Positions 9,061 to 18,375 of a stretch of 64,000 nt of DNA are shown piece after piece. The stretch is taken from NCBI GenBank assembly GCA_016288635.1, contig JAEEKZ010000046.1, positions 49,751-113,750 of the forward strand, read 5' to 3'. The notes beneath the pieces are model-generated. The model was given only the letters and a program-made list of their open reading frames with translations. It ran no database searches and had not been told where the DNA came from. Source of the stretch: Bacillales bacterium. GTDB lineage: Bacteria > Bacillota_I > Bacilli_A > RF39 > UBA660. Made by a program: the position numbers and the translations under genes. Each line of letters begins with the position of its first letter. Position 1 is the first letter of the stretch.

Positions 9061-10130
9061 AATATCTCCTTAATTGATTTATAGATTATATCTCCAGATG
9101 ATTCTTTACTAATTTTATCAAGATTTTTCTTCAAATCTTTTATTTTATTTTGCATTACATCTCTATATTCAATCAATAATTTTTCAGGATTCAATTCTTT
9201 TTCTTCCATTAAAACAGAAACTTTCATATTACTTAAATCTAATGCATTGTAATATTGATGATTATTGGCAACATTTGGACTTGGTATCATTATACTTGGC
9301 ACCTTAAGAGCTAATATTTCGCTTATTGTAGAAGCCCCAGCACGAGATATTATTAAATCAACATCTTTCATTAATCCAGCCATATTATCAATATATGGAA
9401 CTATATGAACATTCTTTGGAAATTCTGCTCCTTCAATAAAATCATCATAATGCGATTTACCTGTTACAAATATAAATTCATATGGGTCATCTCCCACTAA
9501 AGATAAAAACACTTTCATTATTTCGTTAAGACTACCACTACCTAAAGATCCAGCAACAACTAAAATTGTTTTAGAATCCTTTTTAACACCAAAATTCGTC
9601 TTAGATATTTTAGGAATAGTTAAAGCATTACTTCCGCATGGATTACCAGTGTATACTACTTTTTTAGCATTTCTAAAATATTGCTTACTATTACTAAATG
9701 ATACGCCAATTAAATCAATACCTTTAGATATAAATCTATTTGCTTTACCAGGAATACTATTTTGCTCATGTATAAAAGTTTTAACTCCTAACTTCTTTGC
9801 CGCCCACATAACTGGATATGTAACATATCCACCTACTCCCACAACAATATCGGGTTTAAACTCTTTAATAACTTCTAAGCATTTCTTTTTTGCTTTATTT
9901 ATCAAAAAAATATTCTTAACATTTCTTATCATGTTGGTTTTACTTAAACCATATATCTCAATTGGGACATACTTAATACCTGCCTCAGGAACAATATCCT
10001 TCTCCATTCTATTATGTGTTCCAATATAAATAACTTCAAAGTCTTTTTCTTTCTCTTGAAATTTTTTTATGATGGCTAAAGCCGGATAAATATGACCTCC
10101 GGTTCCCCCTGCTGAAATAATCATTCTCAT
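9057..10130 (-). CDS. murG: Undecaprenyldiphospho-muramoylpentapeptide beta-N-acetylglucosaminyltransferase MurG
   Basis: N-terminal glycine motif ISAGGTGGHIYPALAI. The ATG at 10130 (MRMIIS...) follows the RBS GAGGGTGA. The ORF-track TTG at 10145 is probably too far upstream. Confidence 0.9.
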   Translation of the reverse strand: MRMIISAGGTGGHIYPALAIIKKFQEKEKDFEVIYIGTHNRMEKDIVPEAGIKYVPIEIYGLSKTNMIRNVKNIFLINKAKKKCLEVIKEFKPDIVVGVGGYVTYPVMWAAKKLGVKTFIHEQNSIPGKANRFISKGIDLIGVSFSNSKQYFRNAKKVVYTGNPCGSNALTIPKISKTNFGVKKDSKTILVVAGSLGSGSLNEIMKVFLSLVGDDPYEFIFVTGKSHYDDFIEGAEFPKNVHIVPYIDNMAGLMKDVDLIISRAGASTISEILALKVPSIMIPSPNVANNHQYYNALDLSNMKVSVLMEEKELNPEKLLIEYRDVMQNKIKDLKKNLDKISKESSGDIIYKSIKEIL

Positions 10131-10240
10131 TTCAATCACCCTCAATATAATTATACTATATATACATGTTGATTTCTAACTATTTTTTGTTTCTATGTAA
10201 ATGAAAAAGGAACTTCAATGAAGTTCCTTATTTGCTTAAT

Positions 10241-10317
10241 TGGTGGAGAATGTGGGATTCGAACCCGCGACCCTCTGCGTGCAGGGCAGATGCTCTAGCC
10301 AGCTGAGCTAATTCCCC
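10241..10317 (-). tRNA. tRNA-Cys (anticodon GCA)
   Basis: The reverse complement folds as a cloverleaf: 7-bp acceptor stem, D-arm GCTC/GAGC, anticodon stem TCTGC/GCAGA with loop CCTGCAC, T-loop TTCGAAT, and an encoded 3' CCA. The T-stem has one C-A mismatch. Confidence 0.8.
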
Positions 10318-10409
10318 AAAAGCAAAGTAATTGTACCATATAAATTAAGTGATGACAACATTTTTTTAACAAAAAAAGCAATTTTACTACGAAATTGCCT
10401 AATTTCTTA

Positions 10410-10622
10410 CTATTCTTCTGTTTTTTCCACTACTTTAACATAGCCTTTTTCTATTTCCTCAAGTGCTCTTCCAAGTTCCTTTTTATTAACATATTCTTTT
10501 TCTTTCATTTGAAAATGATGATTTTCTAACATTTGTTTACTTCTTTTTGAACTTACATGCACTAATTTATATTTAGAATCGACTAACATTAATAATTTGT
10601 CTATTGACGGATATAACATCAA
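10410..10622 (-). CDS. rpoZ: DNA-directed RNA polymerase subunit omega
   Basis: 70 aa with the RpoZ N-terminal motif MLYPSIDKLL...SKYKLVHVSSKRSKQM. Confidence 0.75.
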   Translation of the reverse strand: MMLYPSIDKLLMLVDSKYKLVHVSSKRSKQMLENHHFQMKEKEYVNKKELGRALEEIEKGYVKVVEKTEE

Positions 10623-10701
10623 ACCACTCCTTACACTCTAATAGTACACCAAAAAATGTAAAGAATACACAAAAAGAAGCAAAAGTTTACATAACTTGAC
10701 G

Positions 10702-11073
10702 TTATGATTTAACTTTTGCTTCAATCTTATTATTTTTCTTTGTGATAATTATTTTTAAATTATTTAATTTTTTATTAATATCTCTGGGATCTTCCAAATC
10801 ACCATTTTCGTTTGCAGCCAAATAGCCACTTTTTATTAAATCTTTTACATAAATAGTTACTGATCTTTTTCCCTCTGCAAAAATTGTTTCTTCGTTATCA
10901 TTAGCATATTGCTTTGCAACTGCTTCTATTATAAGTATTTTATTATTATATGAATCATTTTGATTGTTGCTTGGAATTGAATGAGAAACATAAATCATAC
11001 CAATTAAATAAACAACCGTAAATGCTACAATAACAATAAGCATTTCTAAAATAGTGCTTCCTTTTTTGTTCAT
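10702..11073 (-). CDS. Type IV pilin or pseudopilin-like protein with a class III (prepilin) signal
   Basis: The N-terminus MNKKG/STILEMLIVIVAFTV matches the G/xTLxE prepilin cleavage motif, with Glu at +5 and a hydrophobic helix. Confidence 0.7.
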   Translation of the reverse strand: MNKKGSTILEMLIVIVAFTVVYLIGMIYVSHSIPSNNQNDSYNNKILIIEAVAKQYANDNEETIFAEGKRSVTIYVKDLIKSGYLAANENGDLEDPRDINKKLNNLKIIITKKNNKIEAKVKS

Positions 11074-11082
11074 AACACTCCC

Positions 11083-12006
11083 CTACTTCCAAGATATCTC
11101 AGCCTTGGCCACCTCAAATATTTTCTTTATAAGATTATTATATAACTTATCATTATTAAATTCAAATTTTTCTTTTAAGTTAATTTCCAAGAATCTCATG
11201 GCATTTTCCTCATTCATCTTATAATAATCTATCGTAGGAGATAGTATCTCATTCTTAAATGTATTTAATGCATTATCAGTAAACCTGTACTTACTCTTAA
11301 TATATCTTATTAAACTATTATATTTGGTATTAAATTTAAAATCTCTTTTACCATAAGAATATATTAATCTTTCTTTATATATTTTATTATTTTCTTTTAA
11401 TAATGCACTTGCTTCTTTACTATTCTTTATTGTTCTCTTATATATAATATTATCTGTTAATTTAACTTCATTATACAAAACAATAAATCTTTCAATTAAT
11501 TCCATATAATTCTTTAAAGGTTTTGATAACGATGTATTGTATATTCTTGTAAATTCATCCATGGTTAATGCACCATAAATATTCATTATTCCAGACACAT
11601 AAGCATATTCTTTATCTATAATTTTGCTCTTTTTTAATAAAAGTTTACTTTTTAAATGATGAATCATATTATTTCTAACATCATCATAAAAATAATATTT
11701 TTCTCCTTCTTTATAAATAAATTCATACTTAATTAATTGATTTAATACAAATAATCTATGATACGTAAGATCCTTTTTATTTATACCTCTTTTTAATTTT
11801 AATAATTTATTTAATTCCTTAAGATCATTATATTTTAAACACTTTATAAACTTAAGCGTTATATTATCTAGTTCACTTATAAAATCTGATGCCTTTTTAC
11901 CAAAATCAACAGGTTTATCTATATACAAAACTTTATATTTGTCCGTAAATTTAGTTAATTTATCTTTTTTTAAGGTTAAAACATAATTGCTAATTAACTT
12001 TTCCAT
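11083..12006 (-). CDS. Hypothetical Lys-rich cytoplasmic protein
   Basis: 307-aa ORF with no recognisable motifs. Confidence 0.4.
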   Translation of the reverse strand: MEKLISNYVLTLKKDKLTKFTDKYKVLYIDKPVDFGKKASDFISELDNITLKFIKCLKYNDLKELNKLLKLKRGINKKDLTYHRLFVLNQLIKYEFIYKEGEKYYFYDDVRNNMIHHLKSKLLLKKSKIIDKEYAYVSGIMNIYGALTMDEFTRIYNTSLSKPLKNYMELIERFIVLYNEVKLTDNIIYKRTIKNSKEASALLKENNKIYKERLIYSYGKRDFKFNTKYNSLIRYIKSKYRFTDNALNTFKNEILSPTIDYYKMNEENAMRFLEINLKEKFEFNNDKLYNNLIKKIFEVAKAEISWK

Positions 12007-12035
12007 ATCACACCACGATAAAATTATAATAAGTT

Positions 12036-12067
12036 TTTAAAATAAAAACAAGTGCCTAAGCACCTGT
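12036..12067 (-). terminator. Rho-independent terminator after the 12232-13463 gene pair
   Basis: Hairpin ACAAGTGC-ctaa-GCACCTGT with one mismatch, followed by a T-run on the minus strand. Confidence 0.4.
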
Positions 12068-12231
12068 TTACAATGTTACTTTTATCTTACTCTTTAAACA
12101 GATTTAAACTTTGCATTCTGAGGAATTATCTCATATCTATATGCAGCGCGTCTTAATCCAGCAGCAAATATGCTATAGATATCGCTTGATAATTCAGATT
12201 CTCTAATAGCATTATATACTACACACAATTT

Positions 12232-12471
12232 TCAAAAAAGTGAACTTTTTTTTGACTTTTTTATTAATCTATTAAATTTTTTAAGAATTTCAGCCCTTTT
12301 ATCACTATATTCCTTACTATTTTCTACGTATTTGTCATCTTTATACTCTAATATCATTCCATCATAAGGAATACCATCAATTAGTTCTTTATTAATGGTT
12401 TTTGTTTCTTTACTTTCTAGATCAATTATTACAACTTTGTCATCAATTATTTCATCTACTGCATATTTCAT
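12232..12471 (-). CDS. Small conserved hypothetical protein, translationally coupled to the upstream MBL-fold gene
   Basis: 79-aa ORF overlapping the preceding gene by 4 nt. This class of small protein is often found next to ComEC-like MBL genes. Confidence 0.4.
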   Translation of the reverse strand: MKYAVDEIIDDKVVIIDLESKETKTINKELIDGIPYDGMILEYKDDKYVENSKEYSDKRAEILKKFNRLIKKSKKSSLF

Positions 12472-13463
12472 TTACCATCAGTCTCCGTTTTTTCACTTTT
12501 AATATTAATTTTATTTCCATCAGTCGTTAATATTATTGTTCCTAATTTATCAGTCCTATACACCTCAATACCCCTCTTTTTTAATTTTTTTAATATTGGT
12601 TCATGAGGATGTCCATAGTCATTATCTTTCCCCACACTAATTATGGCATACTGAGGATTAACCTTGTCCAAAAATTTATCTATAGTACTATATCGTGATC
12701 CATGATGAGCTACCTTTAATATATTTGCCCTAATATTCTTATCTAAGATTTCATTTTCAACATTACCTGTTGCATCACCTGTAAATAAAGCCCTAACCTT
12801 ATCATATTCAAGCAATAAGATTATTGATGAATCATTCAAATCTTCAGGATTATCCTTTGTATATATAACTGTTAATTCAGCGTTACCAACTTTTAACTTT
12901 TGGCCAATTTCAGGAACATTATAAACATATCCTTTCTTATCTAATTCATCCAATACAGATTCAAAAGATGGCGTTGTTGTAATTGCATCAGGCATATAAA
13001 ATTGGCCAATTTTAAATCTTCTTATAACATTGTCCATACCACCAATATGATCTTCATGGGCATGTGTACCAACTACATATTTAAAATCATTAATGCCCAA
13101 ATTAGATAAGTAATTAACTAATAGTTTTCCATCTTCATTATTGCCAGCATCAATTAGCATATTATCTTTACCGGATCTAATTAATATTGCATCAGCTTGT
13201 CCAACATCTATGAATTGTATTTCTAATCCATCAAGACTTTCATCACTTGTTTTAAGTTTATAATATAGTTTATTATAAATTGTACTAAAGAAATCTTCTT
13301 TAACATATTCTCCAATTTCTTTTATCTTCTTTATATCAGATTCCTTTGGAGTATATGAAAAAGAATATCCCATTTGAACAGCAATACTATATAACAAATA
13401 TCCCATTAAAAGTAAAAATATAAACACTTTACCAGAACTATTCTTCTTTTTTCTTTTACTCAT
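12468..13463 (-). CDS. Membrane-anchored MBL-fold metallo-hydrolase, resembling the ComEC C-terminal domain
   Basis: N-terminal TM helix. Beta-lactamase-fold motifs: IDVGQADAILI ... GTHAHEDHIGG ... AHHGS. Confidence 0.75.
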   Translation of the reverse strand: MSKRKKKNSSGKVFIFLLLMGYLLYSIAVQMGYSFSYTPKESDIKKIKEIGEYVKEDFFSTIYNKLYYKLKTSDESLDGLEIQFIDVGQADAILIRSGKDNMLIDAGNNEDGKLLVNYLSNLGINDFKYVVGTHAHEDHIGGMDNVIRRFKIGQFYMPDAITTTPSFESVLDELDKKGYVYNVPEIGQKLKVGNAELTVIYTKDNPEDLNDSSIILLLEYDKVRALFTGDATGNVENEILDKNIRANILKVAHHGSRYSTIDKFLDKVNPQYAIISVGKDNDYGHPHEPILKKLKKRGIEVYRTDKLGTIILTTDGNKINIKSEKTETDGK

Positions 13464-13512
13464 GTTAACTCCTAAAATGAAAAAATCTAGATTACTCTAG
13501 ACTTTTAAATTA

Positions 13513-14232
13513 CTATTTAACCAAATTTTGACAATTTGAAACATCTAGTATAATGTCACCGCCAAATGTAGCTCCTTGGTGATTTGCTTCAATACAAGCA
13601 CCACCACTATAATGATTTGAATCGCAGTCTTGGTTAATTCCTAAATTATAGAATCTAACGTTTGTATTATATGCCACTTTACCAGATGACCCTCCAGGAA
13701 TTATAAATGTACCACCAAGAATTACAGTTTCAGATGAGACGCCTGTAATATCGTAACGATAAACTTTTCCATCTAATGTAGCATTATTGGTAGTCTTATT
13801 AATTGTTGCTGAGCCTTCTATTACTTCTTCGAAACTAATTTCTAATTCTGTAATATTTTCAGTATTCTCAGCAGATTTTTTATAAACAGCTGTAGGAATA
13901 TATTTTAATGCAAAATCGCAAGAAAAGTCATTAGCTGCACTTGAATTATCAGCATACGCACTTACTTGTTGAGCTGCACTAGCATTTTCTGAATAAACTG
14001 ATTTATCATTATTTCCAATTTCTTGAATCATATTTTCAGATGATACAGTCAACGCAATTTTATTCTCTGCATTAACTATAATTGGTGTTAATACTTGTGT
14101 TTTAACTTCAACAGCAGATCTTCCCATTCCTCCATTAACAGCAGAAAAGTATGCAAATGTCGCTCCTACTACTGCTACTAATAATGTTGCTATAGCTATA
14201 ACAGTTAATAATATAGTATTTTTTCTATCCAT
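13513..14232 (-). CDS. TasA/camelysin-like secreted protein with a SipW-cognate class signal peptide
   Basis: The N-terminus LLTVIAIATLLVAVVGATFAYFSA matches the GTxAxF(S/D) SipW-cognate motif of TasA and CalY. The mature domain is about 200 aa. Confidence 0.55.
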   Translation of the reverse strand: MDRKNTILLTVIAIATLLVAVVGATFAYFSAVNGGMGRSAVEVKTQVLTPIIVNAENKIALTVSSENMIQEIGNNDKSVYSENASAAQQVSAYADNSSAANDFSCDFALKYIPTAVYKKSAENTENITELEISFEEVIEGSATINKTTNNATLDGKVYRYDITGVSSETVILGGTFIIPGGSSGKVAYNTNVRFYNLGINQDCDSNHYSGGACIEANHQGATFGGDIILDVSNCQNLVK

Positions 14233-14344
14233 TTCTTAACTCCTCCTATATTTTAAGAATATCATAGTGAGCACTTAAAATCAAGAATATTTATGTTATT
14301 TTTCTAGATAAAACCAATAAAAAAAGTGCTTTTAACAAGCACTT

Positions 14345-14959
14345 TTAATCTATTACTTTTATACTGTTTATTACTGGTTGATTTTCAGGTAAAACTGTTC
14401 CATTATTATCTTCAACAATTGCATCTTTAGCAATCTTATCGACAATTTCCATTCCCTCAGTTACCTTACCAAAAGCAGCATATTCGCCATCTAAATGTGG
14501 TGAATCGACTTGGCAAATAAAGAACTGACTTGAAGCACTATTTCTTGTTTCATCCGTATCAGGAATAGATCCAGCTCTAGCCATAGATATAACACCTCGT
14601 AGATGCTTAATATTATTAGATACACCATTGGATTCAAATTCGCCTTTTATATTTTTATCTGATCCACCATTTCCAGTTCCAGTTGGATCTCCACCTTGAA
14701 TCATAAAACCATCTATTATGCGATGAAAAGTTAGCCCATCATAGAATCCTTTTTTTGCTAAATCAATAAAATTAGCAACTGTTATAGGAGCTTCATCGGC
14801 ATTTAGCTCAACCTTAATTACACCATAATCTTTAACATCGATTTCAATATGATGCAAGCCTTTTATTTTTCCGTCTTTTACTTTGCATCCCGTTAGACAT
14901 ATACCCAAAAATATAATTGCAATAATACTTAATATTTTTTTCATTTTATAACTCCCCAA
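14345..14959 (-). CDS. ppiB: Peptidyl-prolyl cis-trans isomerase, cyclophilin type, lipoprotein
   Basis: Lipobox LTGC and the cyclophilin core FHRIIDGFMIQGGDPTGTGNGG. Confidence 0.85.
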   Translation of the reverse strand: MGSYKMKKILSIIAIIFLGICLTGCKVKDGKIKGLHHIEIDVKDYGVIKVELNADEAPITVANFIDLAKKGFYDGLTFHRIIDGFMIQGGDPTGTGNGGSDKNIKGEFESNGVSNNIKHLRGVISMARAGSIPDTDETRNSASSQFFICQVDSPHLDGEYAAFGKVTEGMEIVDKIAKDAIVEDNNGTVLPENQPVINSIKVID

Positions 14960-16014
14960 ATATCATTAAATGTTACAAAAATCATTAATAACATTAATAA
15001 TACAAAACCAATTGTATGACATACATTTTCAAATTTTGAATTTACTGGACTACCCTTAATTTTCTCAACTAATATAAAGAATACTCTGCCACCATCAAAT
15101 GCTGGGAATGGTAATATATTCATAATACCAACATTGAGTGACAAATACGCTGTAATATATAATACAAAATTAAAAGCTGCCCCAGCTTTATAACTAAATG
15201 TACTGCCTATTACCTGATATATTCCAACAGGACCTGATAAGTTAGATAAAGCTATCTTTCCAGTAAATAATCCTCCCAGCGTATACCATAATGTAACAAC
15301 TAGAGTACTAAATTTAGTAAAAGCATATTTTATATGTCCCCAAAGTGTTTTCGAAACAGATTGTTTTATTGCTATGCCAAATACAGGACTTTCTTTTTTA
15401 GTTTCTTTATCCATTACCATATTTGGTTTAATATGATATTCTTCTATTTTTCCATCTTTATGTTTAACAGAAAAATCATAAACACCATCTTTATCTTTCA
15501 TGATTAGTAGTATTTGACCAACTTCCCATGAACTAACTTTTTTACCATTTATTTTTAGAATTCTATCTCCTGCAACTAAACCAACTTGTTCTGCCGCTGA
15601 ATCTTTCTGAACTTCCGCAATAATTGGCTTATATGTTGCGCCTCCCCAAATACATGCAATTGTAAATAATAATACTAATGCTAAAACAAAGTTATTAAAT
15701 ACACCGGCACATAAGATTATTAATCTCTGCCACCAAGGTCTATTGCACATAAATCTATCTTTTGGAATTTTCTCATTACTATCATCTTCATATACTTCCC
15801 CAGCCATTGATACATATCCACCAATGGGAAGTGCTCTGAAATTATAGTCTATTCCGTCTTTTCCCTTATGTGAAAAAACAATTGGACCCATTCCAATCGA
15901 AAATTCATAAATGAACACGTTAAACATTTTTGCGCAAATAAAATGGCCAAATTCATGAACTAGTACTATTAGACTTAATACTACAAAAAACAATAATAAT
16001 TTTAGTAAAAACAT
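14941..16014 (-). CDS. rseP: RIP metalloprotease RseP/RasP (site-2 protease)
   Basis: HEFGHF zinc motif in TM1, a central PDZ-like region and the typical position after cdsA. Confidence 0.85.
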   Translation of the reverse strand: MFLLKLLLFFVVLSLIVLVHEFGHFICAKMFNVFIYEFSIGMGPIVFSHKGKDGIDYNFRALPIGGYVSMAGEVYEDDSNEKIPKDRFMCNRPWWQRLIILCAGVFNNFVLALVLLFTIACIWGGATYKPIIAEVQKDSAAEQVGLVAGDRILKINGKKVSSWEVGQILLIMKDKDGVYDFSVKHKDGKIEEYHIKPNMVMDKETKKESPVFGIAIKQSVSKTLWGHIKYAFTKFSTLVVTLWYTLGGLFTGKIALSNLSGPVGIYQVIGSTFSYKAGAAFNFVLYITAYLSLNVGIMNILPFPAFDGGRVFFILVEKIKGSPVNSKFENVCHTIGFVLLMLLMIFVTFNDIWGVIK

Positions 16015-16035
16015 GTTCTTCCTTTCTAGTATTTA

Positions 16036-16830
16036 TTATAAATTAGAAATCAATAACATAAATGTCATAATTACAAAGAATAAACTATCAAGTCTATCTA
16101 ACATTCCACCATGACCAGGGAAAATGTTTGAATAATCCTTAACTTCACATTCTCTTTTAAACTTACTAAATACCAAATCACCAATTTGTGATGCTACACA
16201 TAAAATTAATACACATATTACGGTTCTAAAATCAATTGGTCTACCACAATAAAAATGATAAATCAAAAGTGAAATTGCCATTCCAAATACACCGCCAACA
16301 ATAGATCCCTCGATTGTTTTTTTAGGGCTTACTGTAGGCATAAGTTTATGTTTACCTATTAAACGTCCACCTAAAAGGGCGAAGATATCATTAAATGTAG
16401 CTATAGATACCAAGAATACAAAAATAGGTAAACTAGCATTTCTAACATTAATAAATAAATTGAAACCCAATCCTAAGAAGAAAGCAACTCCAAATAAATA
16501 AAAAGCTTGCTTTGCTGTATATTTATTATCTTTATAAAATAATACAGGCAATACTGTTAATAATAATGCTGCTATCATCCTTTGATACGTTATTTGTGTA
16601 TAACTAATGCCAAAGCCTTTATCGTTATACAAAAATATTAGCATACTTATTGCACCTAATACTTTCATCAAATTAGGTATCTTTCCGTAGTTTTTCTTTA
16701 AATCTAACATCTCCTTATAAGACATAAGTGCAATTAATAATACTACTGTTGCAAAAGTATATCCTCCAAAATAAATAATTGGTACTGCAACAAGTAACAT
16801 AATCAATCCCGTAATAATTCTTTTTTTCAT
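16036..16830 (-). CDS. cdsA: Phosphatidate cytidylyltransferase
   Basis: 264-aa polytopic membrane protein with the CdsA C-terminal signature (FSKFKRECEVKDYSNIFPGHGGMLDRLDS). Confidence 0.85.
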   Translation of the reverse strand: MKKRIITGLIMLLVAVPIIYFGGYTFATVVLLIALMSYKEMLDLKKNYGKIPNLMKVLGAISMLIFLYNDKGFGISYTQITYQRMIAALLLTVLPVLFYKDNKYTAKQAFYLFGVAFFLGLGFNLFINVRNASLPIFVFLVSIATFNDIFALLGGRLIGKHKLMPTVSPKKTIEGSIVGGVFGMAISLLIYHFYCGRPIDFRTVICVLILCVASQIGDLVFSKFKRECEVKDYSNIFPGHGGMLDRLDSLFFVIMTFMLLISNL

Positions 16831-16894
16831 AAAACAATCCTCCTTATGTATTATATCATTTTATTTAAAAAAAACTATGCTTTAAAAGCATAAT

Positions 16895-17323
16895 TTATAA
16901 TGTTTCATCAATTTTATCTAACTCGTCGAGATTTTCTTCTAATAAATCCTTAAATCTTTTTTTATAAGAAGCAACTTTTCTTCTTAAAGATTCATTATCA
17001 CGTTCAAGACTTTCCGCTCTAAGTAATGCAGAATTAACAATTCTTGATGCATTCTTTTTTGCATCATCTACGATAACTCTTGACTCATCGTAAGCGGATT
17101 TTCTTATATTATTTGTTGTTTCTTCAGCAAGCATAATTGCTCTATTTAAACTACTTTCTAATTGTTTGTAATGAACAAGTTCAGCTTCTAAACTTTGAAC
17201 TTTTTCATCGCTTTCTTTTAGCTTATTTAATAAACTTTCATACTCTGCTGTTACATCAGCAACAAATTTATTAACGTCTTCTTTATTATAACCAGATAAA
17301 CCAACCCTGAATTTCTCGACCAT
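16895..17323 (-). CDS. DivIVA-domain protein
   Basis: N-terminal DivIVA motif (FRVGLSGYNKEDVNKFVADV) followed by coiled coil. Adjacent to sepF. Confidence 0.7.
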   Translation of the reverse strand: MVEKFRVGLSGYNKEDVNKFVADVTAEYESLLNKLKESDEKVQSLEAELVHYKQLESSLNRAIMLAEETTNNIRKSAYDESRVIVDDAKKNASRIVNSALLRAESLERDNESLRRKVASYKKRFKDLLEENLDELDKIDETL

Positions 17324-17338
17324 GACTTAGATCACCAA

Positions 17339-17761
17339 TTACCAATCTAATTCATCATTAGTATTTTTCTTTGAAGTTGTTTCCTTTGCTTCAGCGTTTT
17401 CTTCAGTGATTTTACCCTGAACACTTACATTCTTAGGCGTACATAGATAAATACCTACACCAATCTTTTGCATTGATCCACCAATTGCATAAATAACACC
17501 GCTTAAGAAATCATAAATTCTTTTTGCTTGTTCACTTGTAACTCTTTTTAAGTTAACAACAACGCTGTTTCTATTTTTTAAATATTCAGCGATTTGTTGC
17601 GATTCAGAATATGCACGTGGTTCTAACAAAATCATTTTATTTCCAGTTTTATCAGCATCTTTTAATGCATCACCTTTCGAAACTGTATAAAATTCATCTT
17701 CATTAACTTGTTCGTCGTTATCATTGTCGCCCATTATTTTATTAAAAAATCCAAGAGCCAT
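17339..17761 (-). CDS. sepF: Cell division protein SepF
   Basis: SepF core: VVVNLKRVTSEQAKRIYDFLSGVIYAIGGSMQKIG. The start is the ATG at 17761 (MALGFF...), which follows the RBS AGGAGGG. Confidence 0.8.
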   Translation of the reverse strand: MALGFFNKIMGDNDNDEQVNEDEFYTVSKGDALKDADKTGNKMILLEPRAYSESQQIAEYLKNRNSVVVNLKRVTSEQAKRIYDFLSGVIYAIGGSMQKIGVGIYLCTPKNVSVQGKITEENAEAKETTSKKNTNDELDW

Positions 17762-17951
17762 TATATTCCCTCCTATTTTCAAAATAATTTTAGCAAAATT
17801 AACAACAAAATTCAACACTTTTAATACTAATTAAAATGAATTAATTCCTATTAAAGCACATTTGTGTAAATTAGTCTACATTTTATATTTAACTTTTAAT
17901 ATTTTTTTGTTTTTATTTATGGTACAATGATGTAGAAAGGATAAAATATAT

Positions 17952-18356
17952 ATGAAAGCATTTCGCCTTTATTTACCCGCCTTTATAAGTATGGTTTTAA
18001 TTCTTTTACTTGGAATCATTTGTGTTAAAGAAACTTTTTCTAAAAAAGAAACACAAACGAATACCATAGATATTAAAATAATTAAAACAAAAGAATCAGC
18101 TTTACATACATATTATAGTAATGTTAATCTCTATAATATTGATGACGTTATGATTAACGATATAAACTTAAAAGACTACTTAAAAGCCAATTCAATAAAA
18201 AATCTTATAAAATCATTTGAAAAATATAGCGAAGATGAGTACAAGACAATACATAAATATAAAGATAATATAGATATAGTATTAGTAAAATGTAAAAATG
18301 AATCTTATATTTTAGGGGATAAAGAATTATTAAATGTAAATGATATATGTTTATAA
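17952..18356 (+). CDS. Hypothetical secreted or membrane-anchored protein
   Basis: N-terminal signal/TM segment. Preceded by an extended -10 (TGGTACAAT) and a good RBS. Confidence 0.4.
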   Translation: MKAFRLYLPAFISMVLILLLGIICVKETFSKKETQTNTIDIKIIKTKESALHTYYSNVNLYNIDDVMINDINLKDYLKANSIKNLIKSFEKYSEDEYKTIHKYKDNIDIVLVKCKNESYILGDKELLNVNDICL

Positions 18357-18375
18357 AGAATAAAAGGAGATAAAA

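Noticed and set aside
10241-10317. tRNA-Cys as a pseudogene, because of the C-A mismatch in the T-stem.
   Set aside because: All other arms, the anticodon loop and the encoded CCA are canonical. A single stem mismatch is tolerated in functional tRNAs.
12468-13463. ComEC competence channel.
   Set aside because: Only the MBL-fold domain with a single TM anchor is present. There is no multi-TM competence channel domain, so it is called a generic MBL-fold hydrolase.
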